Source of the DNA: a virus
Lineage: Duplodnaviria > Heunggongvirae > Uroviricota > Caudoviricetes
DNA: 64,000 nucleotides
IMG/VR virus record: IMGVR_UViG_3300021387_000529
Coordinates: 1 to 64,000 of that record
Direction: 5' to 3' (one strand)
Under the pieces are notes generated by a model. It searched no databases, had not been told where the DNA came from, and saw only the letters and a program-made list of their open reading frames with translations. Positions 1-5,614 of this stretch are shown in pieces. The number at the start of each line of letters is the position of its first letter. Position 1 is the stretch's first letter. The position numbers were made by a program, and so were the translations under genes.

Positions 1-503
1 ACTGGTCCAACAAAAGAAATTATTCCAGTTTTCATAGTTTCTTCAAGAGCAGATGAATACAACTTTTTCCAAAGTGGGATCCAAGCTGCACTGTCAATAG
101 ACAATAATGACTGCTTTTCAAGATGCTTGAAGTTAGCTTTCACGTTTGCTTTCATAAAAGGAATATGCTGACACAATGGCCAAACATCTATATGAAAGTC
201 TGGATGCAATGAGTCTTCAAACTCATGAACTCTAAAACCACCATTAGAGTTTTTATCAAGCTTCATTCCAAAATGCATCAAGATGGACTTAATGTCATTT
301 GATGGAATATCAACAATAATGTCAATATCATTTAAGCTTCTAAATGCATCTGGTGTGTCCTCGAGCGTTCTACGAATAAAACTTCCAACAATTGCATATG
401 TAATCTTATTTGTATCGAATGCTTCAAGGATGTAGCGTAAAGCTCTTTGATTTTTCTTATAATACTCTAAGTTTTTTCTTAGAGCTCGCTGTTTGAAAAG
501 CAT
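1..503 (-). CDS. Class II (CCA-adding/poly(A) polymerase head-like) nucleotidyltransferase, partial, runs off window start
   Basis: ATG at 503 with GGAGG RBS; manual translation MLFKQRALRK...YAIVGSFIRRTLEDTPDAFRSLNDIDIIVD...IDVW...LLSIDSAAW matches the hVG[GS]xxR...DxD motif; lies downstream of a CCA-less tRNA array. Confidence 0.7.
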   Translation of the reverse strand, partial: MLFKQRALRKNLEYYKKNQRALRYILEAFDTNKITYAIVGSFIRRTLEDTPDAFRSLNDIDIIVDIPSNDIKSILMHFGMKLDKNSNGGFRVHEFEDSLHPDFHIDVWPLCQHIPFMKANVKANFKHLEKQSLLSIDSAAWIPLWKKLYSSALEETMKTGIISFVGP

Positions 504-570
504 AAACCTCCAATAGAATAATAAAATACTGACTTCACCGAGTTAGCGCTACCACGGATTTATGAAGTTG

Positions 571-720
571 AATGACACTGGTTGGAACCCAACCTTCCTA
601 AAAAGCGCATCTTCAATTCTACAGTATCTTATATCTTTGTGGATATTCCTATTTAATTTGGGCCAAGTGGGTTCTTTTCCACTCCGCAGTTAGCAATCCA
701 CTTTCGCCAATTCTGCCATT
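571..720 (-). ncRNA. Putative structured ncRNA
   Basis: Closing stem AATGGCA/TGTCATT, internal pairings GTGGAT/ATCCAC and AGTGG/CCACT, hairpin GGTTGG-GTT-CCAACC; directly 3' of tRNA-Gly. Confidence 0.35.
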
Positions 721-723
721 ACG

Positions 724-795
724 AGCATCTGAGGGGAATCGAACCCCCGCCTCAACCTTGGCAAGGTCGCGTACTAGCCACTATACTACAGATAC
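724..795 (-). tRNA. tRNA-Gly(GCC)
   Basis: Cloverleaf GTATCTG/CAGATGC, anticodon loop TT-GCC-AA, T loop TTCGATT. Confidence 0.93.
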
Positions 796-803
796 ATTTC
801 AAA

Positions 804-877
804 TGGGACCTCGAGGATTTGAACCTCGCACCCAGACATTATGAGTGTCGTGCTCTGACCTAATGAGCTAAGATCCC
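804..877 (-). tRNA. tRNA(CAT), probably Ile2 (lysidine type)
   Basis: Cloverleaf, loop CT-CAT-AA, A73; Ile2 versus Met judged by overall resemblance only. Confidence 0.85.
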
Positions 878-887
878 GTAATTTGTA

Positions 888-1262
888 CTATTCAGCCCAA
901 TCAAGGTCAGCTTTTGCATCACTTGCACGTGAAGCTGCTGTTGAAGCTGGAGCTACATTTTTCTTTGTGGCTTTTCCAACCTTACTGCTCTTTATCTCTG
1001 TTTTCTTCAAAGTTTTAAGCTCAATTGCATCCTTAACTTTTATGTTTTTCTTTGGACCATGTATGACTTTATCATAGTCAAGATGGATTGTATCACGAAT
1101 GCCTGAGATGCTGATGACAGTTTCATCATCCAAAACTTGTCCGATTGTAATTGCGCCATCAATTGAACGTGCACGTCCTGAAATTGCAGTAACAGTGTAT
1201 TTTTCAGCAAAAACTGCTGAAGCCAAGATTGCGCATACAAGAATTGCAATAAGCTTTTTCAT
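888..1262 (-). CDS. Secreted protein with signal peptide (resembles small Treponema periplasmic proteins)
   Basis: MKKLIAILVCAILASAVFA signal peptide; C-terminus STAASRASDA...; AGGAG RBS. Confidence 0.75.
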   Translation of the reverse strand: MKKLIAILVCAILASAVFAEKYTVTAISGRARSIDGAITIGQVLDDETVISISGIRDTIHLDYDKVIHGPKKNIKVKDAIELKTLKKTEIKSSKVGKATKKNVAPASTAASRASDAKADLDWAE

Positions 1263-1474
1263 ATAAGCATTTTCTCCTATCTATAGATTAATTATCATCT
1301 ATTAGGTATTCTATTTGGACTCATAGAACAGTGCTTTCTATGCAATGCTACAGAGTTTATTGGTTTATGGATAAATAATTTTTTACAAAGTTCACATTGA
1401 TAATCTATATATACAATATGAGCTTTACCATTATTAGAATATTCCATATTATAACTTAGTATATTTTGGATTTC

Positions 1475-1547
1475 TGAGCCATCGGGGATTCGAACCCCGA
1501 ACCTAAGGATTAAGAGTCCATCGCGCTAACCGTTGCGCCAATGGCCC
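1475..1547 (-). tRNA. tRNA-Lys(CTT)
   Basis: Cloverleaf, loop CT-CTT-AA, TTCGAAT. Confidence 0.93.
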
Positions 1548-1553
1548 TAACTT

Positions 1554-1626
1554 TGAGCGGTACGGGCTTCGAACCCGTGACCCGCAGATTAAAAGTCTGC
1601 TACTCTACCATCTGAGCTAACCGCCC
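1554..1626 (-). tRNA. tRNA-Lys(TTT)
   Basis: Canonical cloverleaf, loop CT-TTT-AA. Confidence 0.95.
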
Positions 1627-1631
1627 TCAAG

Positions 1632-1714
1632 TGAGCGTGAATGGAGTCGAACCATCCTTGAGGGAAGCCCTCACAGATTAAAAGTCTGTTGCACGACCGA
1701 TGTGCCACACGCCC
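1632..1714 (-). tRNA. tRNA(TTT, Lys anticodon) with long variable arm
   Basis: ACAGA-CTTTTAA-TCTGT anticodon arm followed by GAGGG-CTT-CCCTC variable stem. Confidence 0.85.
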
Positions 1715-1782
1715 ATTAGAATAAAAAATATATGTTTCCATCTAAGCTGGCCACTTTCTATTCCAATGGACTGAACAGAAAG

Positions 1783-1806
1783 TTAGGGCCTTTGTTTCTT
1801 CTTCAT
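1783..1806 (-). CDS. Micro-ORF MKKKQRP, possible Lys-sensing leader
   Basis: AAGGA RBS, ATG AAG AAG AAA CAA AGG CCC TAA, directly upstream of three Lys tRNAs. Confidence 0.35.
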   Translation of the reverse strand: MKKKQRP

Positions 1807-1821
1807 TATTTTTTCCTTTTA

Positions 1822-1893
1822 TGCTGATAGAAAGAGTCGAACTTCCGCCAAGCGGATATGAGCCGCTTGTACTAACCGTTATACTATATCAGC
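1822..1893 (-). tRNA. tRNA-Met(CAT), elongator type
   Basis: Cloverleaf GCTGATA/TATCAGC, AGCGG-CTCATAT-CCGCT. Confidence 0.88.
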
Positions 1894-1928
1894 AAATGTA
1901 AAGTCGTCCCTGTAGGACTTTTTGTTTA

Positions 1929-2000
1929 TCCGCCCTGATTGAGTCGAACAACCTGTAATAGTTTGTAAAACTACCCCTCAACCCGTCGAGGACAGTGCGG
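1929..2000 (-). tRNA. Atypical tRNA-Val(TAC)
   Basis: CCGCACT/AGGGCGG acceptor with one mismatch, G at position 8, GTAGT-TTTACAA-ACTAT, T loop TTCGACT. Confidence 0.65.
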
Positions 2001-2013
2001 TTAAGTTTTCTTT

Positions 2014-2694
2014 TTAAGTCTTTTCTCTTGGACCTTCCCAATCGATATTCACAGACTTAGCATTGTCAACAAAATTAATAATATTTTTTATAGCTTCTTG
2101 GGTATTGTTATAGCAATATTTCCATGGAAGCCTTAAAACTTTCCAACCAATAGACCTGTAATATTCGTCTTTTTGTTTATCTTTTAGTTTTCTCTCAGGC
2201 CACTCATGTTGTGAGCCATCAACTTCAATATAGATTTGCTTTTTTGGCCAAGCAAAATCCATAAACCATCTATTTAAATGATATTCTTCTATAAAGTTTT
2301 GGTCTTGAACTTTATTGTGGATTATTTTTAATATCCATTCTTCAGCATATGACCTTTTACATTTACTCCTAGAAGACCACCAAATACCTCCATTTTTAGC
2401 AATAATTCTTTTTCTAGCCTCAGAACAATGCTTCCTTTGCTCTTCGGTCATCTTATAACCTTTTGTAGCACCATCTACACGATTCGGATTTTTAGAACAG
2501 CTCTTTTCATGAATTGTATTTCCACTATGTGTTGTAAACTTTTTTCCACAAAATTGGCAATAACATTCACAAAAATGGTTTTGAGTTTTTCCATTATTGT
2601 GTTTTTCTTTTCTATGAATTAGAAGCAATCTTCTTGAAATAAATTTTTCAGAACAAATTGCGCAAATCCATCCACTTTCATTTCGCTTTCCCAT
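2014..2694 (-). CDS. Free-standing putative homing endonuclease (C2H2 Zn fingers, NUMOD3-like segment, DUF559/Vsr-like PD-(D/E)xK domain)
   Basis: CxxC...HxxxxH twice; MTEEQRKHCSEA; MDFAW...IEVDGSQH...D..KDEY...GWKVLRLPW. Confidence 0.8.
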   Translation of the reverse strand: MGKRNESGWICAICSEKFISRRLLLIHRKEKHNNGKTQNHFCECYCQFCGKKFTTHSGNTIHEKSCSKNPNRVDGATKGYKMTEEQRKHCSEARKRIIAKNGGIWWSSRSKCKRSYAEEWILKIIHNKVQDQNFIEEYHLNRWFMDFAWPKKQIYIEVDGSQHEWPERKLKDKQKDEYYRSIGWKVLRLPWKYCYNNTQEAIKNIINFVDNAKSVNIDWEGPREKT

Positions 2695-2747
2695 GTTTAA
2701 TTAGTATAAACAAGGGCTCCACTCTACCAAAAAAATAGTGTAAACTT

Positions 2748-2936
2748 CCAGTGCCCAACTGGTTGTCAGAAGCTGATCAACAATGCGCATTAATGCCGTA
2801 TCTCATCTGACTGTAGACAGACTAAACCAATCTGCATTTTACATCTACAGAGTTCAGTTTTGTGGAAAACCTCGCTTAAACCTTGCTTTCTCGATAGGTA
2901 TTAGCAATAACGCCCGACAATCTTTGAAGGCACTGG
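2748..2936 (-). ncRNA. Putative ~190-nt structured ncRNA
   Basis: Terminal stem CCAGTGCC/GGCACTGG, nested TTGTCGGG/TCTGACAA and TGTAGA/TCTACA, hairpin GCAGATT...AGTCTGT. Confidence 0.5.
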
Positions 2937-2983
2937 TGGCCGGATAACCATCGCTTGAATTGATGCCATCTCATACAAGCTAG

Positions 2984-3067
2984 CGGAAGCGGCGAGTCCC
3001 GACCTCGCATTTCCCGAAGGAACCCAACTTAGCAGGCTGGTGGTTTTGCCAATTCACCCACACTTCC
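2984..3067 (-). tRNA. tRNA-Ser(GCT)
   Basis: Type II cloverleaf, G73, loop CT-GCT-AA; non-canonical T loop GTCGGGA. Confidence 0.88.
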
Positions 3068-3075
3068 AAAAAGAG

Positions 3076-3150
3076 TGGACCTAGAGGGATTTGAACCCTA
3101 ACTTTCACATTGCAAGTGTGATATGCTAGCCAGATTACATCACTAAGCCC
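3076..3150 (-). tRNA. tRNA-Ala(TGC), possible 8/4 fold
   Basis: G3:U pair, loop CT-TGC-AA; acceptor GGGCTTAG/CTAGGTCC can form 8 bp with a 4-bp T stem. Confidence 0.85.
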
Positions 3151-3162
3151 ATATAAAAATTT

Positions 3163-3296
3163 TAAACCTACACATATTTTCAAGGGACACTCAAAACTGG
3201 TTTGTCGCTCATAAAAGTTTACGCCATAAAAAATGTGTCTCTACTACTATTGCCTCTATCGCGGAGAGGGATCCGCCAACAGTGCAGGTAGGTTTA
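3163..3296 (-). ncRNA. Putative structured ncRNA
   Basis: Terminal inverted repeat TAAACCTAC/GTAGGTTTA, inner GACAC/GTGTC, GCGGA/TCCGC hairpin whose loop CCTC can pair with downstream GAGG. Confidence 0.4.
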
Positions 3297-3297
3297 G

Positions 3298-3370
3298 AGA
3301 CCAGGGAGGGATTCGAACCCTCAACAGCAGGTTTTGCAGACCTGTTTCCTAGCCTTTCGGATTCCTAGCC
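3298..3370 (-). tRNA. tRNA-Cys(GCA)
   Basis: Cloverleaf, U73, CAGGT-CTGCAAA-ACCTG. Confidence 0.92.
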
Positions 3371-3377
3371 ATAAAAC

Positions 3378-3461
3378 TAACTTTTACGAATTCTCTAATA
3401 TCCACTATTTATAGCATGCATTTTGGGATTCGAACCCATTATAGTATATCCGTAAAAGTTA
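3378..3461 (-). ncRNA. Hairpin RNA containing an isolated T-arm
   Basis: 11-bp terminal stem TAACTTTTACG/CGTAAAAGTTA enclosing TGGG-TTCGAAT-CCCA. Confidence 0.45.
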
Positions 3462-3464
3462 TAG

Positions 3465-3555
3465 CGGAGTCGGTGAGATTCGAACTCACGGAGTCCCTCA
3501 TCGGAACTCGCTCGATTTCAAGTCGAGTGCCTTAAACCAGCTCAGCCACGACTCC
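3465..3555 (-). tRNA. tRNA-Ser(TGA)
   Basis: Type II cloverleaf, G73, loop CT-TGA-AA. Confidence 0.95.
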
Positions 3556-3608
3556 AAATATTCGATGAAGTCCACCATAAATGTCGCATCATCATTGACC
3601 GTCAAGAT

Positions 3609-3683
3609 TAGAGAAGGACGGAATCGAACCATCTGTTATGGAGTCTCACTCCCGTTATAAGTGACCAACTACACTTCTTCTCT
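3609..3683 (-). ncRNA. tRNA-like RNA with aberrant anticodon arm
   Basis: Acceptor AGAGAAG/CTTCTCT, D arm GTG-TAGTTGGT-CAC, T arm GATGG-TTCGATT-CCGTC; anticodon arm GGAGT-GAG-ACTCC has no 7-nt loop. Confidence 0.6.
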
Positions 3684-3698
3684 AAAAATCAAAAGAAA

Positions 3699-3775
3699 CA
3701 CATTATAAAGGATTCGAACCTTTACCTGCGGACGTCCATAAATGGTTGCCGTGCATCTCCATACACCGATAATGC
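3699..3775 (-). ncRNA. tRNA-like RNA with aberrant anticodon arm, embedded in a larger stem (3691-3864)
   Basis: Acceptor GCATTAT/ATAATGT, D arm GTGT/GCAC, T arm AAAGG-TTCGAAT-CCTTT; anticodon region CCA-TTTA-TGG. Confidence 0.55.
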
Positions 3776-3873
3776 ATACAGCTAAAATACACATTGAGTT
3801 GCTCCCTACTTCGCTTACTTACTCGAGTTATTCAGCTTTCGGTATTTAGTTGCTTGTCTCTTTTTAATTTATT

Positions 3874-3945
3874 TGCCACATGAAGTGCTCGAAACTTCCC
3901 CCTCAGATTTTCAGTCTGGTGCGCTGCCATCTACGCTAATGCGGC
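3874..3945 (-). tRNA. tRNA-Phe(GAA)
   Basis: Cloverleaf, loop CT-GAA-AA. Confidence 0.9.
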
Positions 3946-4040
3946 ATAATTAGCAGTTTAAACCTCTGCTCCGTTAGAACCTCTGCCAAACTTCGGAGCT
4001 TCACAGGCGCTTAAAACGTACGCTGCCGTTATCGCAGCTT

Positions 4041-4124
4041 TGGGAACTCCTGGAATCGAACCAGGACGCGGTTTACACCTTGCAGATTTTCAGTCTGTTC
4101 TTCTACCAATTGAAGTAAGCCCCC
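4041..4124 (-). tRNA. tRNA(GAA, Phe anticodon) with long variable arm
   Basis: CAGA-CTGAAAA-TCTG followed by the 16-nt variable region AAGGTGTAAACCGCGT (GGT-GTAA-ACC hairpin). Confidence 0.85.
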
Positions 4125-4178
4125 ATAAAATTGTGGACGGTTTCTAATACTGGAAGGAAACCTAGCAGCCTGTTATAG

Positions 4179-4252
4179 TGGAAGTGGTGAGCATCGAACT
4201 CACTACCTTCTGCGTGCAAGGCAGACGCTCTAGCCAAATGAGCTACACCCCC
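4179..4252 (-). tRNA. tRNA-Ala(TGC)
   Basis: Canonical cloverleaf, G3:U70, loop CT-TGC-AC. Confidence 0.95.
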
Positions 4253-4432
4253 ATAAAATAAACTACAACCAATTGAAAGACTATGTACACTTGTCAGTCA
4301 ATCAACTGTATCGAGATGGTTCACTCATAAGGCTTCCGGCCCGTAGTTACTAGTCTCTCAAGATCGGATTCTTTTTTATTTTAGCTGTTCGCTCGGTTAG
4401 AAGGTTCTCTTGTCGCATAGAAACTAACCTAT

Positions 4433-4506
4433 TGGAAGTGGTGAGATTTGAACTCACGACTTTCAGCTTGCAAAGCTGACACTCTAGCCAACTGAGTTAC
4501 ACCCCC
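4433..4506 (-). tRNA. tRNA-Ala(TGC)
   Basis: Canonical cloverleaf, G3:U70, loop TT-TGC-AA. Confidence 0.95.
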
Positions 4507-4510
4507 AAAA

Positions 4511-4711
4511 AAGCCGTGGCGTACTGCGCGCGAATAGCCACGTTGTTACATGGTTTTTTCCAGAAACCATTGAACGAAAAACTCCCCGAACATTAAGCAT
4601 CTTCGGCACGATACTGCTTTCCCATACGCCCCATCACAGGCGACGCTTCAAAGCTGAACCGCTGAACTGTTTGTGACCAGTCATGATGAACCGTCCGTAT
4701 CAAGTTCATTA
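4511..4711 (-). ncRNA. Putative GC-rich structured ncRNA
   Basis: Series of hairpins (ATGAAC/GTTCAT, CGCC/GGCG, ATGGTTT/AAACCAT, CGTGGC/GCCACG); no ORF with an RBS. Confidence 0.4.
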
Positions 4712-4712
4712 G

Positions 4713-4788
4713 TCGGGGCCGGTGGAATTGAACCACCCTGAACCAACTACCCTTTCAACACCTTATCAGAGTGAGGGGATACGCCCCG
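4713..4788 (-). ncRNA. tRNA-like RNA with rearranged arms (GAT/Ile anticodon-like loop precedes D-loop-like sequence)
   Basis: CGGGGCG acceptor, CAC-TCTGATAAG-GTG within CCCT/AGGG, then TAGTTGGTT, then GGTGG-TTCAATT-CCACC and GGCCCCG-A. Confidence 0.65.
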
Positions 4789-4962
4789 AAAAGTTTCGCT
4801 TTTCACTTGTACTTCGATACTTCGCTAGGTTTACTTCTAACACCTCAAACCTTAAGTCGGTTGATAATATCTCTTCCCGTTTACAGAATGCACTGTCTGT
4901 GGTTTTATACACAGTAATTTGTCATTCCTTACGTCCCGAGTCGAACGGAACTGAATTATCTT

Positions 4963-5046
4963 TAGTACAACGTGGATTCGAACCACTTAATTCGATTTGG
5001 TTTTAAGCCAAATCTTATTCCCTAACCAAACTGGGCGTTTTGTACT
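4963..5046 (-). tRNA. Atypical tRNA-Leu(TAA)
   Basis: AGTACAA/TTGTACT-A, 7-bp anticodon stem GATTTGG-CTTAAAA-CCAAATC, long connectors, no variable stem. Confidence 0.6.
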
Positions 5047-5051
5047 AGTGA

Positions 5052-5125
5052 AGCACCAGAGGGGAGTCGAACCCCCGTCCCCTGATTGGAAGTCAGGAAT
5101 AATTGAACCGTTATACGACTGATGC
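5052..5125 (-). tRNA. tRNA-Gly(TCC)
   Basis: Cloverleaf, U73, loop CT-TCC-AA. Confidence 0.92.
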
Positions 5126-5170
5126 ATTTTCATTTTGTCATTCAGTATTAAATTAACTGATTGACGTTTA

Positions 5171-5200
5171 TTATATATGAAAAAATTTCAAAATGTTCAA
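5171..5200 (-). promoter_or_regulatory. Putative early promoter TTGAA-N15-TCATATATAA
   Basis: Same motif and spacing as five other copies in the window. Confidence 0.7.
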
Positions 5201-5230
5201 AAAATTTTTCACATTTTTTCATATATTGAG

Positions 5231-5303
5231 GGTGGCCGCTGGGAGTTGAACCCAGGAGAACCGGATCCACAATCCGGCGCATTAACCGCTCTGCCACGGC
5301 CAC
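5231..5303 (-). tRNA. tRNA-His(GTG)
   Basis: Cloverleaf, C73, loop TT-GTG-GA; genomic -1 base is T rather than G. Confidence 0.93.
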
Positions 5304-5305
5304 AG

Positions 5306-5387
5306 TCGATGAGAGGGGATTTGAACCCCTAAGGCTTTCGCCATAGCGACCTCAACGCTACGTGTATACCAATTCCACCACTCATCG
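5306..5387 (-). tRNA. tRNA-Leu(GAG)
   Basis: Type II cloverleaf, A73, loop TT-GAG-GT. Confidence 0.93.
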
Positions 5388-5393
5388 AAAAAT

Positions 5394-5419
5394 AAAAAAG
5401 CAACTCTTTCGAGTTGCTT
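5394..5419 (-). terminator. Intrinsic terminator at head of tRNA array (putative attenuator)
   Basis: AAGCAACTC-GAAA-GAGTTGC-TTTTTT; 5' arm overlaps ACCCAAGC, which is complementary to GCTTGGGT at the end of the leader ORF. Confidence 0.8.
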
Positions 5420-5467
5420 GGGTTTGTTTATTCAGGATGTCACTCTTTATTCTTTTAAATCATCCTA

Positions 5468-5614
5468 TTACCCAAGCTTTCCTCCAATAATAAACGCATG
5501 TTTTGCAAGGAGTGAACTTACACATGACACACCACATCCATGGCCTGCAAACATTGCGGCTTTTGAGAGTGAGAATGCTTTTGCTGTCATAATGAAACTC
5601 TTTACAAAATTCAT
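5468..5614 (-). CDS. Putative 48-aa attenuator leader peptide MNFVKSFIMTAKAFSLSKAAMFAGHGCGVSCVSSLLAKHAFIIGGKLG
   Basis: TAAGGA RBS, ATG...TAA TAG; codons mirror the downstream tRNA anticodons; below ORF-track cutoff. Confidence 0.7.
   Translation of the reverse strand: MNFVKSFIMTAKAFSLSKAAMFAGHGCGVSCVSSLLAKHAFIIGGKLG

Noticed and set aside
2748-2936. RNase P RNA or tmRNA
   Set aside because: Lacks the GAGGAAAGTCC/P4 signature, tRNA-like ends and a tag ORF.
2014-2980. Group I intron housing the endonuclease
   Set aside because: Flanking tRNAs are complete, no split exon is evident and no P7 core was recognised.
3699-3775. Ochre suppressor tRNA or recoded genetic code
   Set aside because: TTA sits in a non-canonical 4-nt loop; genes up to 8.4 kb are open in code 11, and TAA, TAG and TGA all act as stops.
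724-5387. HDV-like theta ribozymes at tRNA 3' ends
   Set aside because: No recognisable P1/P3 with a TCCTCG-type loop directly after any discriminator base; a descriptor search could still find divergent ones.
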